64,000 nucleotides of DNA from Saprospiraceae bacterium (lineage in GTDB: Bacteria; Bacteroidota; Bacteroidia; Chitinophagales; Saprospiraceae). The position numbers and the translations under genes are program-made. The stretch lies in contig JABDKX010000215.1 in assembly GCA_013001975.1 (NCBI GenBank), positions 12,038 through 76,037 of the forward strand. Direction: 5' to 3'. The notes beneath the pieces were generated by a model. The model was not told where the DNA came from. It made no database searches and saw nothing but the letters and a program-made list of their open reading frames with translations. The number at the start of each line of letters is the position of its first letter. Position 1 is the first letter of the stretch. Positions 38,201 to 46,022 of the stretch are shown here, piece by piece.

Positions 38201-39709
38201 AGTTTCGTAAGTTGCAGGCACAGCTTTTAGTATTGTATAAGCCGGATTTTTAAGTTTTTCTTCAGTTACTGTTTCATAAACAGCTGGTACTTCAGTTAAA
38301 ACTTCGTAAGCTTCTTTAACTAATTTTTCTTCGGTAACAGTTTCAAATTTAGCAGGAACAACTCTGATCGTTGTATATGCATCTTTAACCAAAACTTCCT
38401 CAGTTGCATCTTCAAAAGTTGCGCCTGAAATTCTTACAGAAGAAGAACCATCAGCTTTAAGAATTTCTTCAGTTTGAGTTTCAAATTGAGCAGGCGTAAT
38501 GCTGATTGTAGACTCACCATCGCTAGCAAGCATTGATGCAGTACTTGTTTCAAATTTAGCAGAAACAATTCTATTGTCAACAACACAGTTAGGATCTTTA
38601 GGCGCAGCATCTTTACCAGTATAAGTAACCATTTCGGTTCTTCTGTTCTGTCTTCTTCCGTCAGCAGTTGCGTTATCAGCAATTGGAGAAGATTCTCCTC
38701 TACCATCATAGCTCATTCTACTGGCATCGATTCCTCTTTCAATTAGTGCATTATAAACAGCTTTCGCTCTGTTGCTTGATAAAGTTTGGTTGGCAGCTTC
38801 TCCACCTTGAGAATCTGTATGTCCAATTAAGCCAATTGTCATGGCTGAATCATCATTCATCATTGCAGCGATTCTATCAATCTCTCTATTTGAACTGTTT
38901 TTAAGTACTGATGAACCAGATTCAAAATTGATGTTTCTTAAAATTGAAGAACTACCAGCGCCACAAGTGTTGGCAATTACAGATTCTGTATCTGTATTAA
39001 AAGTTGCTGGTGCGATTCTTACACTTGAAGCGCCATCAGCCTTTAGCACTTCTTCAGTTGCTGTTTCAAATGTTGCAGCAGAAATTCTAACATCAGAATC
39101 TCCATCACTTGCTAAAACAGTAGAAGATACAGTTTCAAATGTTGCAGGTGTAATTCTAACATCAGACGATCCGTCATTTACAAGTACTTGTTCTGTAGCA
39201 GTTTCGAATTGTGCTGGTGTTATTCTAACTGATGATTGTCCATCAGATTTAAGAATTTCTTCAGATACATTTTCAAATTGTGCTGGAATAACTCTTAGTG
39301 AATTAGCAGCTTCTTTGGCTAGCTTTTGTTCAGTAACAGTTTCGAAAGAAGCAGGTGTAATTGTAACTGTAGATGAGCCCTCTGATTTTAAAACAGATTC
39401 TGTAGCTGTTTCAAATTGAGCGGCAACAGCAGTTAATGTGTTACTAGCTTCACGCGCTAAAACTTCTTGAGATATCGTTTCTGTGTTTCCAGAGTTGATA
39501 TTTACTCGTGTAGTAGCTTCTTTTACCAAAACGTCTTCCGTTATGGTTTCATATTGGTCCTCGATCAAACATCTGGCCCAACATCCATTGCCTGTAGGCA
39601 TATCTTGAGAAGGCACAGCACTCTGAACTTCATTAGATTGGATTTGCGCATTTAATGAAAATGCACCAAATAGTAAGAAACAAGAAAAAATTAGACAAAC
39701 TTTTTTCAT
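35222..39709 (-). CDS. Giant exported envelope protein: about 47 x 23-residue repeats, two OmpA-like peptidoglycan-binding domains and a C-terminal PG_binding_1-like domain
   Basis: Signal peptide MKKVCLIFSCFLLFGAFSLNAQ. Two near-duplicate OmpA C-terminal-like domains (F-x-SGSSVL...GHTDSQG...N-x-x-LS-x-NRA...DGRGESSPIADN...GRRQNRRTE). C-terminus DGVFGRSSKAALVKFQKDNGLPVGNLDFETLTALG. No T9SS sorting domain. Confidence 0.9.
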   Translation of the reverse strand: MKKVCLIFSCFLLFGAFSLNAQIQSNEVQSAVPSQDMPTGNGCWARCLIEDQYETITEDVLVKEATTRVNINSGNTETISQEVLAREASNTLTAVAAQFETATESVLKSEGSSTVTITPASFETVTEQKLAKEAANSLRVIPAQFENVSEEILKSDGQSSVRITPAQFETATEQVLVNDGSSDVRITPATFETVSSTVLASDGDSDVRISAATFETATEEVLKADGASSVRIAPATFNTDTESVIANTCGAGSSSILRNINFESGSSVLKNSSNREIDRIAAMMNDDSAMTIGLIGHTDSQGGEAANQTLSSNRAKAVYNALIERGIDASRMSYDGRGESSPIADNATADGRRQNRRTEMVTYTGKDAAPKDPNCVVDNRIVSAKFETSTASMLASDGESTISITPAQFETQTEEILKADGSSSVRISGATFEDATEEVLVKDAYTTIRVVPAKFETVTEEKLVKEAYEVLTEVPAVYETVTEEKLKNPAYTILKAVPATYETVTEEVLSKDGYTVVKNIPPVYETVTEDILVKDAYTTLRAVPAVYETVTEEKLKKPAYTTLRKVPATYETVTEEVLSKDGYTTLKAVPAVYETVTEDVLVKDAHTTLRAVPATYETVTEEKLKKSAYTTLRVIPAQFETVTEEVLVKEGYSTLSPVSATYETVTEEKLKKPAYNVIKVIPAKYETVTEDVLVSEATSRINKKPARYSTETVRIETSPASSRWVKKKADPACLSANPDDCLVWCLVETPASFRNVERKVREGCDEGWTNSGDDCIQTIEVPAKYTTRSYQRLVADATTEVVEVPAVYETISYQKLASPASVSTNKVEAKYTTRTYQRLVTDATTEATEVPADYTTVSYRKLVTPATTEAVEVPAKYETRTWRKLVTPATTESVTVDPVYTTRTIRKLVTPATTEAVEVPAEYATISMRKLVTPATTEAVEVPAQYKTRTYQKLVTPATTETVTVDPVYTTRTIRKLVTPATTEAVEVPAVYETVSTRKLVTPATTTSSTVPAVYETRTYQKLVSAATTEVVEVPAKYAPRTYKRLATAATAEEVRGDDQFTSRTYQSLVADATASESRADDKFTNVNSQKLVSDAYAEPIYGQAQYTNVTVQRLGTDASAETITGEPSYGTYTYEVLANDASAETIQGDDRMTTITMQKLVSDASFEEITGAGSSAVTIDVKFNSGSSVLSSSSNAEIQRIAKDLMDGKGQVQILGHTDSQGSEASNRTLSRNRAKSVYDALVDAGVPVSQMSYDGRGESSPIADNSTAEGRRQNRRTELVSYGEGTGDGKVYTTRSFQRLANDATAEEVRGDDQFTTRTYQNLVADATTEATPIPATYEDVSYQKLATDATYEEVRGEDQFVNRTYQTLVADATTTSTANSTVMETRTYTSTSPQTISETEVPAQYKTVSKRQLVKKGGFTEWKQVVCAADLDKNFYMKVQNALIERNYDIGSAGADGVFGRSSKAALVKFQKDNGLPVGNLDFETLTALGIQ
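35231..35404 (-). other. PG_binding_1-like domain at the C-terminus of the giant protein (residues 1436-1493 or so)
   Basis: VQNALIERNYDIGSAGADGVFGRSSKAALVKFQKDNGLPVGNLDFETLTALG matches the three-helix putative peptidoglycan-binding pattern (DG-x-x-G-x-x-T/S-x-x-A-L-x-x-F-Q). Confidence 0.75.
35465..35845 (-). repeat. 23-aa coding tandem repeat, block 4 (about 6 units, after the second OmpA-like domain)
   Basis: Anchors at 1294, 1317, 1340, 1363, (1386) and 1408. The last unit is shifted by one residue. Confidence 0.75.
35861..36178 (-). other. OmpA-like peptidoglycan-binding domain 2 of the giant protein (residues 1178-1283 or so)
   Basis: DVKFNSGSSVL...ILGHTDSQGSEASNRTLSRNRAKSV...YDGRGESSPIADNSTAEGRRQNRRTELV. 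Confidence 0.85.
36194..37378 (-). repeat. 23-aa coding tandem repeat, block 3 (17 units, flavour VEVPAxYxTRTYxKLVTPATTEA, degenerating toward the C-terminal side)
   Basis: Anchor Y/F at positions 785, 808, ... 1038, 1061, 1084, 1107, 1130, (M1153). It includes two identical 27-aa stretches 69 aa apart. Confidence 0.9.
37574..38578 (-). repeat. 23-aa coding tandem repeat, block 2 (15 units, flavour VPAxYETVTEE-K/V-L-x-K-x-x-Y-T-x-L-x-x)
   Basis: Anchor F/Y at positions 386, 409, 432, 455, 478, ... 685, 708, with exact 23-residue spacing. Units are organised in a 3-unit (69-aa) super-repeat. Confidence 0.9.
38624..38944 (-). other. OmpA-like peptidoglycan-binding domain 1 of the giant protein (residues 256-362 or so)
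   Basis: NINFESGSSVL...LIGHTDSQGGEAANQTLSSNRAKAV...YDGRGESSPIADNATADGRRQNRRTEMV. Confidence 0.85.
38975..39568 (-). repeat. 23-aa (69-nt) coding tandem repeat, block 1 (about 9 units, flavour PAxFET-x-TE-x-VL-x-x-DG-x-S-x-VRI)
   Basis: The aromatic anchor residue falls at protein positions 53, (76), 99, 122, 145, 168, 191, 214 and 237, an exact spacing of 23. Confidence 0.85.
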
Positions 39710-39777
39710 GGTTGATTAAAAATTTTTATTAGTAATGTCATTAAAAGGTCATTTTTTTCAAAATGGCCACAAAAGTA

Positions 39778-40974
39778 TTAATTTATCTTAGGAAAGCACA
39801 TATAATGCTTTGTTATCTCATTTACATTCACTAGAATATCTAGAAAATCAGAAATCGGTTTTACAGAACCATTTTTCTTTAGAATATTAATCTCTTGATA
39901 ATCAGTATTGTAAGCTCTTGATTTCTCAGAACCTGTCAATATTAATTTTTCAATTAACTCATCGTTAAATCCAAATTTATTTTGTAACTCTGAGTGAATG
40001 TTGTTAACAAAATCTTCTTCAAAGGAAGCTTTTTGGAGAATGACCTTAAACAATTGTCTGTTTAGTATTCCTTTTGATAACAATTCCAGGATAGGATCAG
40101 CAAAATTACCAGCAATTTTCAAATTGTGATAAACATCAACATCATCCAATTTTATAAAACTAGATAGGATGTTAGCTTTATCGGATAATTTTGAACGCAG
40201 CAAAGTTAACAAAACTGACTGGTTAAAGCCAATTTTATTTGAATTAACTAGCTCTTTTAACCTAATTAAATAACTTTTAAGCATTTGTTCCGCAACAATT
40301 GAAGTTTTATGAAGGTAAACTTGCCAATACATTATGTGGCGAGAAACTAAAAATTTCTCAATAGAAAAAATGCCCTTTTCTTCTACAACCAATTGATTAT
40401 CAACCACATTTAGCATAGAAAGGATTCGTTTGTACCCAATAACACCCTCAGCAACGCCTGAAAAATAGCTGTCTCTTGTTAAATAATCCATTCTGTCAAC
40501 ATCCAATTGACTCGAAACAAGTTGTGTTAAAAACTTTTTATGATATTGACCTTTAAATATTGAAATTCCTGTTGATAATTGGCCATTCAACTCATTATTG
40601 ATGACTTGCATCAATTGTAATGATATGTTTTCATGAGAATCTTCGATAATAATTCCTTCTAAAGCATGAGAAAAAGGACCATGACCGATATCATGCAAGA
40701 GAATAGCGACACAAGCGCCTAAATATTCTTCATCTGAAATATCGTGTCCTTTTGATCTCAGTGTTTGAATGGCAATGGTCATTAGATGAAGCGCACCTAA
40801 AGCATGACTGAATCTTGAATGCGTAGCTCCAGGATAAACATAAGTTGAAAGTCCCATTTGTGAAATTCTTCTTAATCTTTGAAAAGAAGGGTGGTCTATT
40901 ATATCGTAAAGCAATTCAAATGGGAAAGAAATCAACCCATAAATAGGGTCATTTATAATTTTTCTTCTATTCAT
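39778..40974 (-). CDS. HD-domain phosphohydrolase (dGTPase/SAMHD1-like superfamily)
   Basis: HSRFSHALGALHL and LLHDIGHGPFSH motifs, plus DVDRMDYLTRD. 398 aa. Confidence 0.8.
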   Translation of the reverse strand: MNRRKIINDPIYGLISFPFELLYDIIDHPSFQRLRRISQMGLSTYVYPGATHSRFSHALGALHLMTIAIQTLRSKGHDISDEEYLGACVAILLHDIGHGPFSHALEGIIIEDSHENISLQLMQVINNELNGQLSTGISIFKGQYHKKFLTQLVSSQLDVDRMDYLTRDSYFSGVAEGVIGYKRILSMLNVVDNQLVVEEKGIFSIEKFLVSRHIMYWQVYLHKTSIVAEQMLKSYLIRLKELVNSNKIGFNQSVLLTLLRSKLSDKANILSSFIKLDDVDVYHNLKIAGNFADPILELLSKGILNRQLFKVILQKASFEEDFVNNIHSELQNKFGFNDELIEKLILTGSEKSRAYNTDYQEINILKKNGSVKPISDFLDILVNVNEITKHYMCFPKIN

Positions 40975-41076
40975 GCAAACAAAGGTACTATATGGATACT
41001 TTAAACCGTTGGATAATGATTAATTTATGCAATTCAGCATAATTGTCAATAATTAATATAAAAACCTAGATTCTAA

Positions 41077-42630
41077 ATGACGAAAATCAAACTATTGTGG
41101 GCAGATGATGAAATTGATTTACTAAAGCCACAACTGTTCTTCTTGGAAAAGAAAGGATATGAAGTGCTTCAAGTAACGAATGGGTATGATGCTTTGGAAG
41201 TATTAGATGAAGAGAATGATATTGAATGTGTATTCTTGGATGAATCGATGCCGGGGATCACAGGATTAGAAACACTTGAAAAAATCAGAGAAAAAAATAA
41301 AACTGTGCCCATTGTTATGATAACAAAAAATGAGGCAGAAGATTTAATGGAGCAAGCCATTGGTTCTCAAATAAATGATTACTTGATCAAGCCTGTTAAT
41401 CCAAATCAGATATTATTGTCATTAAAAAGGATTATTGATAATAAAAGACTTGTCAGTGAGAAAACAGCGTCTGCGTATCAACAGGAATTTCGCAATATCG
41501 CTATGGATATCAATAGTGGTCTTAATTTGGAAGAATGGGATAACCTGAATAAACGAATTATAGATTGGGAGTTGCGTCTTGACAGTTCTGACAATGAGTC
41601 TATGAAAGGCATCTTGGAAATGCAAAAAAAAGAGGCCAATAAATCATTCAGTAAATTTATCGACTCAAATTATGAAGACTGGATAAGGGATCAAGATGGT
41701 CCGACGATGTCTCATAATCTTTTTCGAAACTATTTGTTTCCTAACTTGAGTGAGGATAAGCCGAACATCGTTATTTTATTCGATAATCTAAGATATGACC
41801 AATGGAAAATCATTGAACCTATTGTAAATGAACAGTTTAGGGTTTTGGATGAAAAGACATTTTATTCAATTCTGCCAACAGCAACACAATATTCAAGGAA
41901 CGCCATATTTGCTGGTATGCTCCCTAAGGATATTCAAAAGCATTTTCCGGATAAGTGGTTAAATGATAACGAAAAAGGAGGGAAGAATCAGCATGAAGGA
42001 TTTTTCTTAGAGAAGCAAATTCAGCGCATTGTCAAAAAGAATATAAAATCAGAATATATCAAAGTTAGGAATATCAATGATGCCAGATTGTTGCAAGATA
42101 ATATTCATAATTACCTTAAAAATGATTTGACTGTTATCGTTTATAATTTTATTGATATGTTATCTCATGCCAGGACTGAAATGGAAGTTTTAAAAGAGCT
42201 TGCGGCAGATGAAAGAGGATACCGTTCATTGACAAAATCATGGTTTATTAATTCACCAATATGGAGTGCACTACAAGTGATAGCGGAAAAAGAAATTTCT
42301 TTATTTATCACAACAGACCATGGAACGATAAGAGTCAATCAACCTTCAAAAGTTATCGCTGATAGAGAGACTTCTACAAATCTTAGATACAAAGTTGGAA
42401 AAAATTTGAGATTTAAAAATGGGGATGTCTATGAAGCAAAAGATCCTAGTGCAATCGGCTTGCCAATGCCAAACTTAAGTTCCAGATTTATTTTTACCAA
42501 GGAAGATTACTTTTTTCTCTATCCCAATAATTACACATATTATAACAACATGTATTCTGATACTTTTCAGCATGGTGGCATCTCTTTAGAAGAGATAATT
42601 TGCCCATTTGTGAAATTGGAAAGTAAGTAA
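41077..42630 (+). CDS. porX: PorX-type response regulator: CheY-like receiver fused to a PglZ (alkaline-phosphatase superfamily) domain
   Basis: Receiver motifs WADDE, phospho-acceptor FLDESMPG and LIKP. The C-terminal PglZ-like region has ILFDNLRYDQW and ITTDHGT. At 517 aa it matches PorX in size. Confidence 0.8.
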   Translation: MTKIKLLWADDEIDLLKPQLFFLEKKGYEVLQVTNGYDALEVLDEENDIECVFLDESMPGITGLETLEKIREKNKTVPIVMITKNEAEDLMEQAIGSQINDYLIKPVNPNQILLSLKRIIDNKRLVSEKTASAYQQEFRNIAMDINSGLNLEEWDNLNKRIIDWELRLDSSDNESMKGILEMQKKEANKSFSKFIDSNYEDWIRDQDGPTMSHNLFRNYLFPNLSEDKPNIVILFDNLRYDQWKIIEPIVNEQFRVLDEKTFYSILPTATQYSRNAIFAGMLPKDIQKHFPDKWLNDNEKGGKNQHEGFFLEKQIQRIVKKNIKSEYIKVRNINDARLLQDNIHNYLKNDLTVIVYNFIDMLSHARTEMEVLKELAADERGYRSLTKSWFINSPIWSALQVIAEKEISLFITTDHGTIRVNQPSKVIADRETSTNLRYKVGKNLRFKNGDVYEAKDPSAIGLPMPNLSSRFIFTKEDYFFLYPNNYTYYNNMYSDTFQHGGISLEEIICPFVKLESK

Positions 42631-42801
42631 CTAATTGTTAGCTTATCAACTTTCTGAATTTTATCGTATATCACTAAACCGTTAGGATAGTAAGTTGCTT
42701 TAAACATGTGGCACTCTTTAGCTTAATGTGTTCTGATAAACCGTTTAAAGGGTTGTTTTACAATACATTTACACATTAAAATTATATCTAATGTGATAAA
42801 A

Positions 42802-43617
42802 TTAATTGTCCTCTGAATATTTGGCATGCGCTCTCTTAGAAACAAAAATACTTATTTCATAAAGTACTAAAACCGGGATGCCGATTAAGATCTGAGTGAT
42901 CACTTCTGGCGGGGTAATTATAGCTGCAAAAATAAGAATAACAATCACGGAATGTCTTCTGTATTTCCGCATAAATGAAGGTGTTAAAAGTCCTATTCTA
43001 GAAAGAAAATATACAATAACGGGTAGCTCAAAAATAAATCCAGTCGGAATTGTAAACATCGTTAAGTAGTTGACATAAGATGCCAAACTTGTAGTATCAT
43101 TGACTAAAACATCATCAACCGATAATGAATATCCAGCTAGAAATTTTATAGCAAAAGGAGCTATTATAAAAAAGCCAAACATAATACCGAGAATAAATAA
43201 ACTAGAACAAATAGTTACCATTCCTCTTGCAGCTTTTTGCTCTTTTTTGTATAATCCAGGTTTGATAAATCGCCAAAGTTCATAGAAAATATAAGGAATA
43301 GAAATCGTTATGCCCATCCAAAAAGAAACTTTTAAGTGCGTGAAAAATTTCTCTCCAAATTCCCTGGGAACAATGTCAAAATTTGGTGGTCCAAAACAAA
43401 GAAAATCAGCAATATTACATAGGATTCTATAAGTGAAAAAGTTCTCTTTTTTATGAGCAAAAACGATGTCTTCAAAAACAAAATCCTTAAATAAAAAGAC
43501 AACAATAGCAAAGAAGATAATTGAGAACAATGACCTGATGATATGCCATCTGAGTTCTTCCAGATGTTCTAAAAATGACATCTCTTTTTCTTCTTGAATT
43601 TTTTTTACTTCTCCCAT
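42802..43617 (-). CDS. tatC: Twin-arginine translocase subunit TatC
   Basis: MSFLEHLEELRWHIIRS N-terminal signature and 6 TM segments. The true start may be the internal Met 12 codons downstream of the ORF-track start. Confidence 0.9.
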   Translation of the reverse strand: MGEVKKIQEEKEMSFLEHLEELRWHIIRSLFSIIFFAIVVFLFKDFVFEDIVFAHKKENFFTYRILCNIADFLCFGPPNFDIVPREFGEKFFTHLKVSFWMGITISIPYIFYELWRFIKPGLYKKEQKAARGMVTICSSLFILGIMFGFFIIAPFAIKFLAGYSLSVDDVLVNDTTSLASYVNYLTMFTIPTGFIFELPVIVYFLSRIGLLTPSFMRKYRRHSVIVILIFAAIITPPEVITQILIGIPVLVLYEISIFVSKRAHAKYSEDN

Positions 43618-43789
43618 AGATTAGACGCCAAATTTAGTCCCATATTATATAAGAAACTACTTTTAAAAGGCTTTTTTTAATTAAATCTTGATCTCATTTA
43701 CAGAAAAAACGATATCAAAGAATAATCCCTAACAATTTGTAATGAACTTGCAATTAGGTTACTTTTGACCCACAATAATTTATAGTCTA

Positions 43790-44707
43790 TTGATTACATT
43801 TATATTAATATCTGCGGTTGCACTTGGGTTTCTATTGTTTGCATCTGATGTTTTTATTGCTGCTGCGGAAAAAATTGGCTTATCATTAGGTATCTCTCCA
43901 TTTATAATTGGAGTTACAATTGTTGCATTCGGAACATCTCTTCCGGAGTTAGCCACATCTATTGCAGCAGTATATGCTGGAACATCTGAGATAGTTGCTG
44001 GTAATGTAATTGGTTCTAATATTACCAATATTCTTTTAGTGCTTGGTTTGACTGCATTGGTTGGCAAGCGCATAAACTTGAATTTTAATATTTGGGAAAT
44101 TGATATGCCCTTACTAATAGGTTCAGCTTTACTTTGTTTCCTTATGCTTCGCGACAGTCAGTTTACATTATTGGAAGCAGTTATATGCTTAATAGCATTG
44201 GTTGGTTTCTTGATCAATTCTGTAAAAGGAGAAAAAACAGAAAAGGAAGATCGCCCTAAAACTCGTCTTAAAGATGTTGGACTTTTATTGCTCGGTGGAC
44301 TCATCGTTTACTTTGCTGCCGATTACACGATTGTTGGCATCAAAGGAATAGCTGAATTGGCAGATATTGACCCAGATGTGATTTCATTAACTTTTGTTGC
44401 CCTTGGAACCTCATTACCCGAAGTGGTGGTAAGTATTGCAGCAGCAAAACGTGGAAAGCATGCAATCGCAGTAGGGAATGTTTTAGGTTCCAATATATTT
44501 AATACGTATGCTGTCATGGCCATTCCACGATTTTTAGATGATTTAACTATCGCGGACTCTATAACACAACTTGGATTACCATTTATGCTGGTATCTACAA
44601 TTGTATTTGGTTGCATTACGATTTCTCAAAAAATTAGTCGCTGGGAGGGACTTCTGCTCTTATTGCTTTATGCATGTTATATTGGTGAATTATATAATTC
44701 GCTATAA
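43790..44707 (+). CDS. Ca2+/Na+ antiporter, CaCA (YrbG) family
   Basis: Two alpha-repeat signatures GTSLPELATSI and GTSLPEVVVSI, about 10 TM segments, TTG start. Confidence 0.85.
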   Translation: MITFILISAVALGFLLFASDVFIAAAEKIGLSLGISPFIIGVTIVAFGTSLPELATSIAAVYAGTSEIVAGNVIGSNITNILLVLGLTALVGKRINLNFNIWEIDMPLLIGSALLCFLMLRDSQFTLLEAVICLIALVGFLINSVKGEKTEKEDRPKTRLKDVGLLLLGGLIVYFAADYTIVGIKGIAELADIDPDVISLTFVALGTSLPEVVVSIAAAKRGKHAIAVGNVLGSNIFNTYAVMAIPRFLDDLTIADSITQLGLPFMLVSTIVFGCITISQKISRWEGLLLLLLYACYIGELYNSL

Positions 44708-44812
44708 ATTAAATATTTACACATAGGGACATTTTACATTCGATTTTCGTTTATTAATTGTAAGCTGGTTTACATTTATTTTTTAGATTTTAGCATAATA
44801 ACGCCAGTTAAA

Positions 44813-45946
44813 TTGACCAAGCTACTAAAGACGATTATATTTCTATACTTAGCATTATTTCTCAATAATGCGACTGGTCAATGCTTGCTTGACAGTGTCA
44901 TTATCAATTCAATTTTAGTTGATCCATCAGGTTTTTATTTTAGTTACGATACTAATGATGATGGCTTTTTTAATTCTAATGATGAATACATTGAAATATG
45001 TAATACTGGATCTGATTCTATAGACGTTTCGGGCTGGCAAATAGGTGATGATGATCCACCACCTTTTCCTGACTTTCAAATTCCTGATAGTACATTGTTA
45101 GCTGCAGGAGAATGTCTTCTTGTAGTGGCTAATTATTGTCCTGGTGTTCCCATAGATTCATGCTCAACTCCTACAGGTGTCCTCAATATGGGCCTTACAT
45201 TTACTGGATTTCTTGGAAATTCTGGTGATGTAGTTTCTATCGTTGATACATTAGGAAATAGTTGTTCTGTTGTCTATGGGGGAGTTCTCTGCAGTGATGT
45301 TGATACTTTAGACATTCCTGATTTTGATATTATGGCATGCAATGATTGGGGTGGCGATATAGATGGTTGTGCCTTACTTGCAGTAGGAGATAGTTGCACA
45401 TTTACGCCTACCGTATTACCAATAACTTTTATTGATTTTACCACAGATATTGGCATTGAAAAACAGGTGATTTGCAATTGGAGCGTCTTTGAGAATGCTT
45501 CACTTCATAAGTACCTAGTTCAATGGCGAGGTGAAAATTATGATCAATATAAAACCATAGCAGAAATAGATAATATCGGCGCGGTTCCTGCCGTTCATGA
45601 ATATTCATTTACACACGCAAATGTACCATCTGGATTAAATTACTATAGAATTTTGATAATCGATTTGTCTGGGAATGAGATTACCTCAAATGTCAATGTC
45701 ACCTTGATTGATTTTGAGAATGATATTATAATCTATCCAACTGTATTTTCAGAGGCGTTAATTATTGATGGTTCTAAAGAATTTTACCATGTGAAGATTT
45801 TTGATGCGCTTGGCAAAATGGTATTTAACCAAAAGCAAACATTTAAAAAACAGCCCATTGATTTAATAGGACTTCAACCCGGTTATTACTTTATAAATGT
45901 GAGCTCAGATGAATTAAATCTTACACAAAAGATTATTAAACAGTAA
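44813..45946 (+). CDS. Secreted lamin-tail-domain (LTD) protein with a pre-CTD Ig/Fn3-like module and a T9SS type A sorting domain
   Basis: LTD-like segment INSILVDPSG...DEYIEICNTGSDSIDVSGWQIGDD...GDVVSIVD. LPITFIDF...YYRILIIDLSGNE module. C-terminal IIYPTVF...LQPGYYFINV tail. TTG start. Confidence 0.7.
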   Translation: MTKLLKTIIFLYLALFLNNATGQCLLDSVIINSILVDPSGFYFSYDTNDDGFFNSNDEYIEICNTGSDSIDVSGWQIGDDDPPPFPDFQIPDSTLLAAGECLLVVANYCPGVPIDSCSTPTGVLNMGLTFTGFLGNSGDVVSIVDTLGNSCSVVYGGVLCSDVDTLDIPDFDIMACNDWGGDIDGCALLAVGDSCTFTPTVLPITFIDFTTDIGIEKQVICNWSVFENASLHKYLVQWRGENYDQYKTIAEIDNIGAVPAVHEYSFTHANVPSGLNYYRILIIDLSGNEITSNVNVTLIDFENDIIIYPTVFSEALIIDGSKEFYHVKIFDALGKMVFNQKQTFKKQPIDLIGLQPGYYFINVSSDELNLTQKIIKQ

Positions 45947-46022
45947 TTATTAATATTACCAAAAGATAATTCAATATTCACAGATTAATTTTTATCATAT
46001 TTGCGTTAATTACGCATATCTT

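Noticed and set aside
38841-39419. 192-aa plus-strand ORF, itself repetitive (SVAVSNVAAEILTSESPS...), antisense to the giant repeat-protein gene.
   Set aside because: It is a mirror image of the sense-strand 23-aa repeats. The repeat codon composition simply avoids stops on the opposite strand. It has no independent start context, and the sense ORF has strong domain evidence.
35465-39568. Regular 69-nt periodic DNA repeats that could be mistaken for a CRISPR-like or satellite array.
   Set aside because: The repeats lie entirely within one long open reading frame and encode a conserved peptide repeat. There is no repeat-spacer structure and there are no cas genes.
39778-40974. HD-domain dNTPase-like gene as a possible anti-phage dGTPase-type defence gene.
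   Set aside because: It is a stand-alone gene in a housekeeping and T9SS context, with no other defence genes or mobile elements nearby. It most likely encodes a conserved housekeeping phosphohydrolase.
43618-43789. Looked for a small tatA/tatE gene next to tatC, and for small ORFs in the 42631..42801 gap.
   Set aside because: Neither gap contains an ORF with a TatA-like N-terminal TM helix plus amphipathic helix. tatA is presumably elsewhere in the genome.
43780-44616. Two 97-aa minus-strand ORFs inside the CaCA antiporter gene.
   Set aside because: They are antisense to a gene with two canonical GTSLPE alpha-repeats. They are shadow ORFs.
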